From: an uncultured Bifidobacteriaceae bacterium
Lineage (GTDB): Bacteria > Verrucomicrobiota > Verrucomicrobiia > Limisphaerales > UBA11358
Assembly: GCA_964618545.1 (NCBI GenBank)
Contig: CAZUBG010000004.1
Location: 73 to 64,072, forward strand
Reading direction: 5' to 3'
Length of the DNA stretch: 64,000 bases
Part shown: in pieces, positions 45,408-55,194 of the stretch
Layout of the letters: each line of letters begins with the position of its first letter
How positions within the stretch are numbered: the first letter of the stretch is position 1
Made by a program: the position numbers and the translations under genes
Notes under the pieces: generated by a model
Databases searched by the model: none
Told to the model about the DNA's origin: nothing
The model's input: only the letters and a program-made list of their open reading frames with translations

Positions 45408-47843
45408 TCAGGGCCAAGCCAGACTTTTGGATCCATTCATCGTCTTCAAATTCCAGCCGCCGGGGTTTTCTGTGATTGTCACCGCCCCGGCGGTGCGCGT
45501 GTAGACCACGGGAATCCCGGTTTGTGCCAGCCGCGCTTGCAAGGCGTCGCCTGCCCGGCGCGACACCGGATATTCGGCATCCACGATCACGATGACCCTG
45601 GGTTGAACCGCTTGGATCAGAGCATCACAGAGTGGCTCGCCCTGGGCGGGCAGGGCCGCGATCACCAGGTCCGCCCGCAAGTCAGGCATCTGGTTTAACA
45701 GGGCGCTCTGACCGTTGCGTCCCAAACTGGCGAGGAGCAGAATCCGGGACTGGTAGAATTCCCCGCGCAACACCAGCGCATTGTCATCCGCGCGTGGAAA
45801 TTTTATTTCCGGGCCGGGATATAACACCTGCCAGCAACCTGCTGTCGCCCCGGGGAGCAGGATTTGATGGTGCGCCGGAGCTTGATCAAATTGTGCGGTA
45901 AACTCACGGCTCGCGGTCGAGTGAAACCGGCTGTCGCTGGTAAACAGTTCGTCCACACCAAAGAGTTGCTTCAACTTTGCTGCGCCGCCACAACTGCCTC
46001 CATCACCGGTCGTCAGGATCAGCCGGGAAATCCGGTTCACCCCCTGCGAATGCAGGAAGGGTTTAAGGGTGAAAATCACAGCGTCCTCGTTGCCGCAATT
46101 GATCAGCCAGCGGTTTTGTCGTCCCTCCACGAACACCGTCTGGCTGCCGCGGAGGGGCAGCACCGTCAGGGTGATCTTCCGTTGCGCGGTTTGCCAGGTC
46201 CAGAAAGCGGCGAACAAAGTTCCCGTCAAGCCCGTGACGATGGCAACCCGGGCTGGGTTTCGTTGGGGCCGCCGAAGATATCCGGTGAACACTGCAACCA
46301 ACGCCACATAGTACAGGCCGATGACCGGCCATGACGGTGCTTTCACATATTCATAGGCCCAGGGCAGATGGCAGGAGAGCTCGCTGACGCGGGTCATGGC
46401 CATCATTAAAAACCAAGCGCTGTGATTAAACAAAATCGAGACCCAGGGGAGCCAACCGCCGCACATCAGGCTGCCCAAGATGCTCATCAACACCCCTGCC
46501 CCCAGCGGAACCGCCACCACGTTGGCCAGCACGGAGACCGGACTGAACAAATGAAAATATTTGGCGGAAAGGGGAATCGAACCCATCCAGGCCGCGAACG
46601 AAAGCGCCAGAAAGCACAGGAAAGCCCGCAAGCGATTGACGCTGTACCGCTTCCATAGTGGAACCGAATCAACGGGCACGAGCGGATCCAATTCGACACG
46701 TTGTTTTATAAATTCATTCAGCGGCGGCAACATCACGCCGATGACCAGCACCACCAGAAATGACAATTGGAAGCCTGCTTCAAACAGTTGCCGGGGATCC
46801 CACACCAGGATGATGAAGGCCGCCGCCGCCAGCGAGTTCAACAGATCTCCCGGCCGATTCAACGCCCAGCCAAAGATGATGATCGTCATCATCACTGATG
46901 CCCTGATGGCGGATGGCTCCCAACCCGTGGCCGCCGTGTAAAACCAGATGGCCGGAATGGACAGCAAGCCGCACACCGCGCGGGAGAACCGGAACAACCG
47001 CAACAGCGTAAGCAGCATCCCGGAAACCAAGGCAATTCGCAACCCGTCAATGGCAAACAGGTGCATGGTTCCGGCCCTTAAAAAGGGGTCCCCCACATCA
47101 CCTGTAAACGCGGTTCGCCAGCCGAGCGCCATCGCCCAAATCAAGCGCAACGTTTCATCCTCCCCCGGCAAGCCCAGCGCCAGGGTCCGTTGTGACCAGT
47201 TCAGAAACCGTTGCGTCATCGGTGGATTTTCCAAATCAGAAGGACGCGTTCGCCAGTCATTGGTCGAAGTGGTTTTGAGTTGGTAATAAACACCCCGGGT
47301 CTGCAGGTACTCACGGTAATCCAGCAATCCTTCTGCCAGCGGCGGGGCCGGCGGCTCCATGGTGCCGGTGACTTCAACCGCCCGGCCCTTGTAAAAACGC
47401 GCATCCAAAGTTCCGGGCGTGATACCAGCCACCCGGCCTGAGGCCGACTGCCATTGATCGTCGCGCTCCAAGCCGGACACCTCCAACACGGTTGTGGAAG
47501 ACAGAGTCGTACTCCCTTCACGTTCGGTCACTTTCACCTGGGGTGGTTCGGCCAGAACCCCGCGCACCGTGACCGCGGCCGGGCTGCCGCCGAGGAGTTT
47601 CCGAAGGTCGTCCGGCGAAATGACAGCGGTGTGACTGACCAAATTGGCCCAGCCGGATACGATCAACAAGAGCCAGAGCAACCAGATTTGGCGCTGGCCA
47701 AACCGGAGTGCGAGTGCGCCGACGGCCAGAGCCAAACCCCACAGCAAGAGCGGAGGCGGCTCGAAAAAGTGGCCGAGCCAGATGCCCATCCCGTACCCGA
47801 GAATGACGCCGACCAACGGACGTTTCATAGGTTCCCACCGCAT
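45408..47843 (-). CDS. comEC: ComEC/Rec2-family DNA internalisation channel protein
   Basis: The N-terminal TM/OB region, a multi-TM competence domain and a C-terminal MBL-like domain appear in the usual order. The track start at 47870 is a TTG; ATG candidates are at 47843 and 47828. Confidence 0.8.
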   Translation of the reverse strand: MRWEPMKRPLVGVILGYGMGIWLGHFFEPPPLLLWGLALAVGALALRFGQRQIWLLWLLLIVSGWANLVSHTAVISPDDLRKLLGGSPAAVTVRGVLAEPPQVKVTEREGSTTLSSTTVLEVSGLERDDQWQSASGRVAGITPGTLDARFYKGRAVEVTGTMEPPAPPLAEGLLDYREYLQTRGVYYQLKTTSTNDWRTRPSDLENPPMTQRFLNWSQRTLALGLPGEDETLRLIWAMALGWRTAFTGDVGDPFLRAGTMHLFAIDGLRIALVSGMLLTLLRLFRFSRAVCGLLSIPAIWFYTAATGWEPSAIRASVMMTIIIFGWALNRPGDLLNSLAAAAFIILVWDPRQLFEAGFQLSFLVVLVIGVMLPPLNEFIKQRVELDPLVPVDSVPLWKRYSVNRLRAFLCFLALSFAAWMGSIPLSAKYFHLFSPVSVLANVVAVPLGAGVLMSILGSLMCGGWLPWVSILFNHSAWFLMMAMTRVSELSCHLPWAYEYVKAPSWPVIGLYYVALVAVFTGYLRRPQRNPARVAIVTGLTGTLFAAFWTWQTAQRKITLTVLPLRGSQTVFVEGRQNRWLINCGNEDAVIFTLKPFLHSQGVNRISRLILTTGDGGSCGGAAKLKQLFGVDELFTSDSRFHSTASREFTAQFDQAPAHHQILLPGATAGCWQVLYPGPEIKFPRADDNALVLRGEFYQSRILLLASLGRNGQSALLNQMPDLRADLVIAALPAQGEPLCDALIQAVQPRVIVIVDAEYPVSRRAGDALQARLAQTGIPVVYTRTAGAVTITENPGGWNLKTMNGSKSLAWP

Positions 47844-47866
47844 TTTCCCCGGCGCAAAGTCGGGGG

Positions 47867-48496
47867 TCAACTTTCCGCCGTTTTCGTTTTCCCGTTTTCC
47901 CGCGTTCCACTTGGCAGATTAATCCCGCGCCTTTTTTCCCTGGTCAGGTGCCAAAGCCACGCCGCCAGCAAACCGACGGTGCCGCCCGCCGTGTCAATCA
48001 TCACATCCTTGATCGCCGGAGTCCTGGTGGGCACGAAGGACTGATGAAATTCATCCGAAGAAGCGTAGAGAAAAACCAAGCCCACCACGGCACCAAACAG
48101 CCGCCATGACCAGGTGGACAGCCCCCGGCACAAGGCGTGGGTCAAGGTGCGGCGGACCAAGAGCGCAAAGAAAGCGTATTCTGAAAAGTGCGCACATTTG
48201 CGAATGAAATGATGGATTGCTTCCGCCCGAACGGGCGAGAGATGGGGAAAAAGCCAGTGCAACAAAGGAATGATAATGCGGGAGGTGCGTTCCGATGAAT
48301 GGCTGTCGGCCGAGGCGCAAAAAATCAGCGCCATCCAGAGGAGCGTTGGCATCCAGTATTTGATGAAAGTCCCTAATTTAGACACAGTGAATGAAAGCCG
48401 GAACGGACCCATGGCCGCAATAAAAATATGTTTCAATTTGCAAAAGTCCGCCATTTTTGGCAAACCAAGACCTCTTGATGAAGAAATATTTGGCAT
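47867..48496 (-). CDS. VanZ-like membrane protein
   Basis: Four TM helices with the pattern FIRKCAHFSEYAFFALL ... DEFHQSFVPTRT ... DVMIDTAGG, typical of the VanZ family. The true start is uncertain. Confidence 0.7.
   Translation of the reverse strand: MPNISSSRGLGLPKMADFCKLKHIFIAAMGPFRLSFTVSKLGTFIKYWMPTLLWMALIFCASADSHSSERTSRIIIPLLHWLFPHLSPVRAEAIHHFIRKCAHFSEYAFFALLVRRTLTHALCRGLSTWSWRLFGAVVGLVFLYASSDEFHQSFVPTRTPAIKDVMIDTAGGTVGLLAAWLWHLTREKRRGINLPSGTRENGKTKTAES
47871..47904. repeat. Heptad-type repeat module (CTTTCCGCCGTTTTCGTTTTCCCGTTTTCCCGCG) at the vanZ-like/comEC junction
   Basis: It resembles the CCGCTTT-type runs of the phage-like block in the same orientation relative to minus-strand genes. 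It encodes the C-terminal tail (RENGKTKTAES) of the vanZ-like ORF. Confidence 0.6.
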
Positions 48497-48532
48497 TTAT
48501 CACCGGCGTGGTATGGCGGTCAGCCCTGACTC

Positions 48533-49273
48533 ATGATTAAACTAGGTGTCAATATTGACCATGTGGCCACGCTGCGGGAAGCCCGTTATCGAGGTCTCCC
48601 CCAAGGGGAACCGGATCCGGTGGTGGCGGCTCAACTGAGCGAGGCCGCCGGAGCCCACGGCATCACCGCCCATCTGCGCGAAGACCGCCGCCACATTCTG
48701 GACCGGGACGTGTGGCGCCTGCGCGAGGTCGTCAAAACCCGCCTGAATCTTGAAATGGCGAATGTGCCCGAAATTGCCGCGATCGCCTTGAAGTTGAGGC
48801 CGGACATTATTTGTCTCGTGCCGGAACGCCGCTTGGAGGTGACCACGGAGGGGGGATTGGATGTGGCGGCGAATGAAAAGACGCTGGCCGAGACCCGCCG
48901 CCAAATGAACGATGCCGGCATCGAAGTCAGTTTATTTATTGGCCCGGACGAAGCCCAGGTTGCCGCCAGCGCCCGCGTGGGCAGCCAGTTCATTGAGCTG
49001 CACACCGGCAGATTTGCCAACTGCTTCGGGAACGAAGCGGATCAGGAAAGGGAATTGCAGCGTTTGATCGCCAGAGCCAGACAGGCCCATGATCTGGGCC
49101 TGCTGGTCAATGCCGGCCATGGTTTGAATTATCACAACCTCGCCCTCCTGCTCCGGGTTCCCCATCTGGTGGAATTAAACATCGGCCACAGTATCATCAG
49201 CCGCGCCGTCAGCATTGGACTCCCGGCCGCCGTGAGGGAAATGCTGGTCCTGATGCAAAACTATCCCGACTGA
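48533..49273 (+). CDS. pdxJ: Pyridoxine 5'-phosphate synthase
   Basis: Motifs [29 protein letters not shown] and NAGHGLNY. Confidence 0.95.
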   Translation: MIKLGVNIDHVATLREARYRGLPQGEPDPVVAAQLSEAAGAHGITAHLREDRRHILDRDVWRLREVVKTRLNLEMANVPEIAAIALKLRPDIICLVPERRLEVTTEGGLDVAANEKTLAETRRQMNDAGIEVSLFIGPDEAQVAASARVGSQFIELHTGRFANCFGNEADQERELQRLIARARQAHDLGLLVNAGHGLNYHNLALLLRVPHLVELNIGHSIISRAVSIGLPAAVREMLVLMQNYPD

Positions 49274-49286
49274 CCACGCCAAAGTC

Positions 49287-49664
49287 ATGATCCTCGGCCT
49301 GGGCACGGACATTGTGGAAGTGGCACGCATTCAAGCCTCCCATGCGAAATTGGGGGAGGCCTTCCTCACCCGCATCCTGTTGGCTAATGAAATTGCCTAT
49401 TGCCAGTCATACCGGAATCCCGCGCCGCAGATTGCGGCACGCTTTGCCGCCAAGGAAGCCGTGTCAAAAGCGTTCGGCACCGGCCTTAGTGCGGCATTGT
49501 CCTGGCATGACATTGAAATCGCCCACGAGGAATCCGGATGTCCGATCGTGGTCCTGCACGGGCGGGGTAAAGCCTTGTTTGCTGCGCGCGGGGCGAAGGA
49601 GTTATTAATCAGTCTCAGCCACACGGAACATTACGCCACCGCCACGGCCATCCTGGCCGGGTAA
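49287..49664 (+). CDS. acpS: Holo-[acyl-carrier-protein] synthase
   Basis: Motifs GLGTDIVEVARI and FAAKEAVSKAFGTG. pdxJ-acpS is a classical pair. Confidence 0.93.
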   Translation: MILGLGTDIVEVARIQASHAKLGEAFLTRILLANEIAYCQSYRNPAPQIAARFAAKEAVSKAFGTGLSAALSWHDIEIAHEESGCPIVVLHGRGKALFAARGAKELLISLSHTEHYATATAILAG

Positions 49665-49675
49665 ATTCCAACTGT

Positions 49676-50848
49676 TCAAGGGACCAATTGAAATCCAACG
49701 GACTCAAGGTATTCTTTGTTCAGCGGGGGGGTTGCAAAGGGATCAGGTGGATTATCCCGCCGCGCCAGGAAATTGGCAACATACAGAATGGTGGCGGGAG
49801 TGATGGCAGTTTCCCCCGGTTGTTGCCAGGGTTCAAGATGGTTGGTCACGGTCCGACAGACGGACTCCGGCATGCCCCACAACTGCAACATGAAGCCGGT
49901 CAGTTCCGTGTTGTTCTTCCCGAACATTTGAGTTTCCACCGCTTCCAGGCCGGTCTTTTGAGCGAGAGCTTGTTTACAAGCCGAAGCATACTCTTCCCGG
50001 CGATTTTCCATGAGGATGAGCCGTCCGAGGTCATGAACCAAACCGGCGAAAAACACGTCGTGCAGGCTTCCGCCGCCGGATTGCTTCCGGGCCAGTTGTT
50101 GAGCGATGGTCGCGGTTAGGCAGCAATGGTTCCACAGTTTTGTGTAGTTGATTTCCGGCAAGTTGATTTTTTCGTAGCCTTGGAAGATGTGAACTGACAG
50201 AACCAGCGCCCGCATATTTCTGGTTCCCAGTTGCACCAACGCGGCACCGGCATCCTCGGCCACGGTGCCGCCGTGAAACAGCGGGGAATTGGCCAATTGC
50301 AGGGCCCGCGTCAGAATTCCACCATCTTCACTGATGAGCCGCGTGATATTGTCGGAGTTGACGTCGCCTTCCAGTTCCTGCAATAAGTTGACGCAGTTTT
50401 TTGGCAGGGCCGGGAAGGAGGTGATGGATCCCACGAGTTTGGCGAACCGGGGGTTGGCCAGGGATTCTTGGGCCGCAAACGCCCGTTTAACCGTGTCGGC
50501 GATTTCACGGATGTTGAAAGGTTTGGAAAGATATTGCTGGGCGGATGCAATTTTATTGGCAGTGGAGGCATGTCCGGAGATCAGGATTCTGATGATTTCC
50601 GGATATTTCTTGCGAATAATGTCAAACATTTCGGTGCCGGTGGTTTTCGGCATGGTTTGATCGGAAATAATCAGGTGAGGAGCCTCCTTCTCACAGGCCG
50701 CCAGCGCGCTGGCGGCGTCCGCAAAATCTTTGACCACCCATTTGGGCTGTATGCGTTCGAGCAGGGTTTTGAGGACTTTTCTCAGTTCGGGCGCGTCATC
50801 AATGAAGTATATGCGTTTATGGTCGAGGATGTCGGCTTCGTGAGGCAT
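49676..50848 (-). CDS. Response-regulator receiver fused to an HDOD domain
   Basis: The REC domain has IYFIDDAPELRKVL, IISDQTMPKTTG and LSKPF. The HDOD-like part has LPALPKNCVNLLQEL and GLVHDLGRLIL. Confidence 0.8.
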   Translation of the reverse strand: MPHEADILDHKRIYFIDDAPELRKVLKTLLERIQPKWVVKDFADAASALAACEKEAPHLIISDQTMPKTTGTEMFDIIRKKYPEIIRILISGHASTANKIASAQQYLSKPFNIREIADTVKRAFAAQESLANPRFAKLVGSITSFPALPKNCVNLLQELEGDVNSDNITRLISEDGGILTRALQLANSPLFHGGTVAEDAGAALVQLGTRNMRALVLSVHIFQGYEKINLPEINYTKLWNHCCLTATIAQQLARKQSGGGSLHDVFFAGLVHDLGRLILMENRREEYASACKQALAQKTGLEAVETQMFGKNNTELTGFMLQLWGMPESVCRTVTNHLEPWQQPGETAITPATILYVANFLARRDNPPDPFATPPLNKEYLESVGFQLVP

Positions 50849-51042
50849 GTTACGTTGTTAAAAGCCAATTTGCTTTGGCGCATTCTTCGGTCGTTATGGC
50901 TGACCCAGAGCGTTATTGTGTTTGATTTTTCTCTTTTGCAAGCACTTTATTATCCAGCCCATTGTTGCGCCAGTCGGCTGCATGAGCAACATAAATCAAG
51001 CCAAATCCCCAAAATGCCCCCCGGTACCTTCAGTACAACGGT

Positions 51043-51180
51043 GCTAGCAGCCTGTCGGACTTAGGGGTTTTTGCCCCAAAAACGGTCGTTTTAGACCATC
51101 AAAACACCTTCGCGGAAAATCAAAGTCGCTCATATGTCATTTGTGAGCGTCGTATTTTCTAAGTCCGACAGGCTGCTAGC
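51043..51180. repeat. 138-bp element bounded by perfect 22-bp inverted repeats (MITE-like or long hairpin)
   Basis: GCTAGCAGCCTGTCGGACTTAG at 51043-51064 is the exact reverse complement of 51159-51180. The 94-bp interior is AT-richer than its surroundings and contains the hairpin GTTTTTG-CCC-CAAAAAC. It lies about 200 bp upstream of lysC. Confidence 0.8.
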
Positions 51181-51376
51181 GATATCATCAGCAATTGGTG
51201 AGGTTGCCTAAACAATGGCCTTCAAAATCACCATGCCATTCTCCGCCTTGGGCGGCAGCCCAAAGCCTAAAACGGATCAACTTCCAACTTTTCAAATGCG
51301 CCGGCCCGGATTAGAATGTTCTTTCCATTGGATTCCGGCGGCGAAGGGCCGGCCGATGAATCCCAGGATTATTTGT

Positions 51377-52594
51377 ATGGCGTTGATTGTTCAAAAATAT
51401 GGCGGAACTTCGGTGGGCAACACCGACCGCATCAAGAATGTCGCCGCGCGCGTGGCGAAATACCGTGCCAAGGGTGACCGGGTGGTGGTGGTGGTTTCCG
51501 CCATGAGCGGGGTCACCGACAGCTTGATCAAGCTGGCCAAGGAGATCGCCCCGCTGCCGAGCGAGCGGGAAATGGACATGCTGCTGGCCACGGGGGAACA
51601 GCAGACCATCGCCCTGACCGCCATCGCGCTGCACTCGCTGAATTTTCCGGCGGTGTCGCTAACCGGGGCGCAGGCGGGGATCATGACCGACGGGGTCCAC
51701 ACCAAGGCGAAGATCCACAATATCACGCCCAAACGGGTGCATGAATTGCTGGACGCCGGGAACGTGGTCATTGTCGCCGGGTTCCAGGGGGAAACCGAGG
51801 ACGGCCAGATAACGACCCTGGGCCGGGGCGGTTCGGATTTGACCGCGATTGCGCTGGCGGCGGCGCTCAAGGCCGATTTGTGCCAGATTTACACGGATGT
51901 GGACGGGGTTTACACGGCAGATCCGCGGCTGGTGCCCCCGGCCCTGAAGCTTTCGGAGATTTCGTATGATGAAATGCTTGAGCTCGCAAGTCTGGGAGCC
52001 AAGGTCATGCAAAGCCGGTCGGTGGAATTTGCCAAAAAATTCGGCGTGGTGTTTGAAGTCCGATCCAGTTTGAACGATAATCCAGGGACCATTGTGAAAG
52101 AAGAAACGAAAAACATGGAAGACATCGTCGTGCGCGGCGTGGCGCTCGACAAAAATCAGGCCAAGGTGACGCTCGTGGGCGTGCCGGACAAACCGGGCGT
52201 GGCCGCGCGCATTTTCAAGGCGCTGGGCGATGCCGTCGTCAATGTGGACATGATTGTCCAGAACGTCAGCCACGGCAGCGGCACCCCGGCCACGGACCTG
52301 TCCTTCACTGTGGACAAGCCCGACCTGCTCAAGGCGCAAAAGGTGATTGGCGCGCTCAAAAGCGACATTGGTTTCAAAGATGTGCTGGCCAATGAAAACA
52401 TTGGCAAACTTTCCATTGTCGGCGTGGGCATGAAATCGCACACGGGCGTGGCCGGCAAAATGTTCGATGTCCTCGCCCGGGAAGGCGTCAACATTGACAT
52501 GATCTCGACGAGTGAAATTAAAATCTCGGTGATCATTGATCTGACCAGGGGCCCGCAGGCCACGGCGGCGGTCCACAAAGCATTCATTGGGTAA
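51377..52594 (+). CDS. lysC: Aspartate kinase
   Basis: IVQKYGGTSVG and VVVVSAMSGVTD, plus C-terminal tandem ACT domains. The start is moved to the ATG at 51377; the track ORF begins at 51215. Confidence 0.95.
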   Translation: MALIVQKYGGTSVGNTDRIKNVAARVAKYRAKGDRVVVVVSAMSGVTDSLIKLAKEIAPLPSEREMDMLLATGEQQTIALTAIALHSLNFPAVSLTGAQAGIMTDGVHTKAKIHNITPKRVHELLDAGNVVIVAGFQGETEDGQITTLGRGGSDLTAIALAAALKADLCQIYTDVDGVYTADPRLVPPALKLSEISYDEMLELASLGAKVMQSRSVEFAKKFGVVFEVRSSLNDNPGTIVKEETKNMEDIVVRGVALDKNQAKVTLVGVPDKPGVAARIFKALGDAVVNVDMIVQNVSHGSGTPATDLSFTVDKPDLLKAQKVIGALKSDIGFKDVLANENIGKLSIVGVGMKSHTGVAGKMFDVLAREGVNIDMISTSEIKISVIIDLTRGPQATAAVHKAFIG

Positions 52595-52600
52595 TCCGTC

Positions 52601-54259
52601 ATGCTCCCGGAGGCCGCCAAAAAATACCGTTCGTTCCCACCGGTGCCATTGCCCGACCGGCAATGGCCGGACCGCATATTGACGCACGCGCCACGCTGGT
52701 GCAGTGTGGATTTGCGCGACGGCAACCAGGCGCTTGCCGTGCCGATGAATGTAAGCCAGAAACTTGAACTCTTCCAGGCTCTGGTTAAAACCGGCTTCAA
52801 GGAAATCGAGGTTGGTTTTCCCTCCGCGTCGAACACGGAGTTCATATTCAACCGGCGCCTCATCGAGGAACACCGCGCGCCGGAGGATGTCTGGCTGCAG
52901 GTGCTGGTCCAGGCCCGCGAGGATTTGATTGAGCGCACGGTTGAGTCCCTCATCGGCGCGAAGCGGGTGATCATTCACATGTATAATTCCACGTCCCCCG
53001 CCCAGCGGCGGGTGGTCTTTGGAAAATCGAAGGACGAAATCAAGGCCATCGCGGTGAATGGGGCGCGGATGATCAAGGAACGCCTGCACCGGCTGAAGGG
53101 GACGGAAATCATGCTCCAATATTCGCCGGAAAGCTTCAGTGGCACGGAAGTGGAATTCTCCCGGGAAATCGCCGAGGCGGTCATGGATGTCTGGCAGCCC
53201 ACGCCGGAACACCAGATGATTTTGAACCTGCCCGACACGGTCGAGGTGGCGATGCCGAATGTGTATGCCGACCAGATTGAGTGGATGTGCCGTCATCTGA
53301 AGCAGCGCGAGTCGCTGATCATCAGTTTGCACACGCACAATGACCGCAGTACCGGGGTGGCGGCTACCGAGTTGGGCCTGCTCGCCGGGGCGGACCGCGT
53401 GGAGGGCACGCTGTTCGGCAACGGCGAACGCACGGGCAATCTGGACCTTGTGACGGTGGCGCTGAACCTTTACATGCACGGCATTGATCCCCAACTGGAT
53501 TTCTCCCAACTCGGCGGATTGGTCGCCATTTACGAGCGCTGCACGGGCATGACGGTGCCGCCCCGCCAACCCTACGCGGGCGAACTGGTGTTCACGGCTT
53601 TCAGCGGTTCTCATCAGGACGCCATCAAAAAGGGTCTGGCTGAATGGGAGGCCGGCAGCCGTTCCCATTGGGACGTGCCGTATCTCACCATTGATCCCAA
53701 CGATATCGGACGCCAATACCGCGAGGTGATCCGCGTCAATTCCCAATCCGGCAAAGGCGGGGTGGCCTACCTGCTCGAAAGCGAATTTGGCATTGAGCTG
53801 CCCAAGGACTTCCAGCGGGAATTCGGGCCGATTGCCAACGAGGCCGTGGACAGGCTTGGACGCGAAGTCAGCGGCACGGAATTGAAGGAGATGTTCTGGA
53901 GCGAATATATTGAGCGCACGTCGCCGTGGGAACTCGGCACCCTGCAAACCACCAGCGAAAACGGGCGGGTGAACTGTCAGGGAACCTTGTTCCGAAACGG
54001 AGTCCAGGTCGCCCTCAACGGCGGCGGCAACGGCCCGCTGGCGGCGCTGGTGAATGGCATCTCCCGGCTGACGGATGCGCCGCGGTTCGAGATCACCAAC
54101 TATAGTGAGCACGCCCTGGGTTCCGGTGAATCGGCGGCGGCCATTGCCTACATCCAAATCAAGCACTCCCATGGAAAGGTCATCTGGGGAGCCGGAGTGG
54201 ACACCAACATTGAACTGGCCTCCGTCCGTGCGGTCCTGAGCGCTTTAAACCGTTCCTGA
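52601..54259 (+). CDS. leuA: 2-isopropylmalate synthase (long, LeuA type 2)
   Basis: WCSVDLRDGNQA and HTHNDRSTGVA, plus a C-terminal LeuA dimerisation/regulatory domain. Confidence 0.93.
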   Translation: MLPEAAKKYRSFPPVPLPDRQWPDRILTHAPRWCSVDLRDGNQALAVPMNVSQKLELFQALVKTGFKEIEVGFPSASNTEFIFNRRLIEEHRAPEDVWLQVLVQAREDLIERTVESLIGAKRVIIHMYNSTSPAQRRVVFGKSKDEIKAIAVNGARMIKERLHRLKGTEIMLQYSPESFSGTEVEFSREIAEAVMDVWQPTPEHQMILNLPDTVEVAMPNVYADQIEWMCRHLKQRESLIISLHTHNDRSTGVAATELGLLAGADRVEGTLFGNGERTGNLDLVTVALNLYMHGIDPQLDFSQLGGLVAIYERCTGMTVPPRQPYAGELVFTAFSGSHQDAIKKGLAEWEAGSRSHWDVPYLTIDPNDIGRQYREVIRVNSQSGKGGVAYLLESEFGIELPKDFQREFGPIANEAVDRLGREVSGTELKEMFWSEYIERTSPWELGTLQTTSENGRVNCQGTLFRNGVQVALNGGGNGPLAALVNGISRLTDAPRFEITNYSEHALGSGESAAAIAYIQIKHSHGKVIWGAGVDTNIELASVRAVLSALNRS

Positions 54260-54324
54260 TGATGAAAATGACTTTTGATTTTCAACTCGTCAATCCGCCG
54301 AACCTTCTCCAAGATTAGTCCTTT

Positions 54325-55194
54325 ATGATCACAAGCCGTTATTACCTGCTTTCCGTGGTGCTGGGATTGCTGGTTAATTTCAGCCCGTCCGGCGCCCGGG
54401 CACAGACCGCCCAAGCGGTCCCGGTCACCACCAAGCCGGCGTCGGTGCCGCCCTCGGCGGCCATTGGCGTCCTGTCGAGTGAAGTCCTGCGGTGGGATTC
54501 CGAAATGAAAACCATTGACGTGCATGTGGGAGACTCCCAGGGACACCTGGCCTTTTACTTCACCAATGTTTCGCCGGAAAATGTAGTCATCAAAGATGTC
54601 CATCCCGGTTGTGGTTGCACCACGGCTGAACTGCCGCCCCGCCCCTGGACGAACGCCCCCGGCGCCCATGGTCGAATCGGAGTGAGCATCAATATCCACG
54701 GCACCACAACCCTGTTTAAGAACCTCACGGTGACGACGGACAAAGGCATTAAAATGCTGAATTTTCGGGTTAACATCCTGCCGATGGTACGACCGCAGTT
54801 GACGGAGGCTGACCGGGCCAGGGGATTGATGATTGCCCGCACCAACCGGCAGGCAGTTTTTCAGGGCGAATGTGCCGCCTGCCACTCCAAACTGGGCGAA
54901 GGGACGTACGGCAAACCACTTTATGATGCGGATTGTGCCATCTGTCACGAAGGCGAACACCGGGCCGCCATTGTGCCGGATCTGCATGCATTGATGGTTC
55001 CCACCAGCCTTGAGTTTTGGAGCAACTGGATTTCCCATGGCAAACCCGGCAGCCTGATGCCGGCCTTTTCCGCGGCTGAGGGGGGGCCGTTGAACGACCT
55101 GCAGGTCAACTTGCTGGCCCAATATTTGATCACCGCTTTCCCCCCCAAAGTGGTCTCCGCCCCCGCAGTCGGTGGACCGACAAACAAACCATGA
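54325..55194 (+). CDS. Secreted DUF1573-like domain fused to a two-CXXCH cytochrome c domain (paralog 1)
   Basis: A signal peptide is followed by HPGCGCTTAEL, the CGC motif typical of DUF1573. The cytochrome part has CAACH and CAICH plus GSLMPAF (a Met ligand region). Confidence 0.75.
   Translation: MITSRYYLLSVVLGLLVNFSPSGARAQTAQAVPVTTKPASVPPSAAIGVLSSEVLRWDSEMKTIDVHVGDSQGHLAFYFTNVSPENVVIKDVHPGCGCTTAELPPRPWTNAPGAHGRIGVSINIHGTTTLFKNLTVTTDKGIKMLNFRVNILPMVRPQLTEADRARGLMIARTNRQAVFQGECAACHSKLGEGTYGKPLYDADCAICHEGEHRAAIVPDLHALMVPTSLEFWSNWISHGKPGSLMPAFSAAEGGPLNDLQVNLLAQYLITAFPPKVVSAPAVGGPTNKP

Noticed and set aside
50849-51376. Lysine riboswitch (L-box) in the lysC leader.
   Set aside because: I could not find the conserved L-box core elements. 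The only strong structure is a perfect 22-bp inverted repeat, which is not riboswitch-like. This needs cmscan to be definitive.
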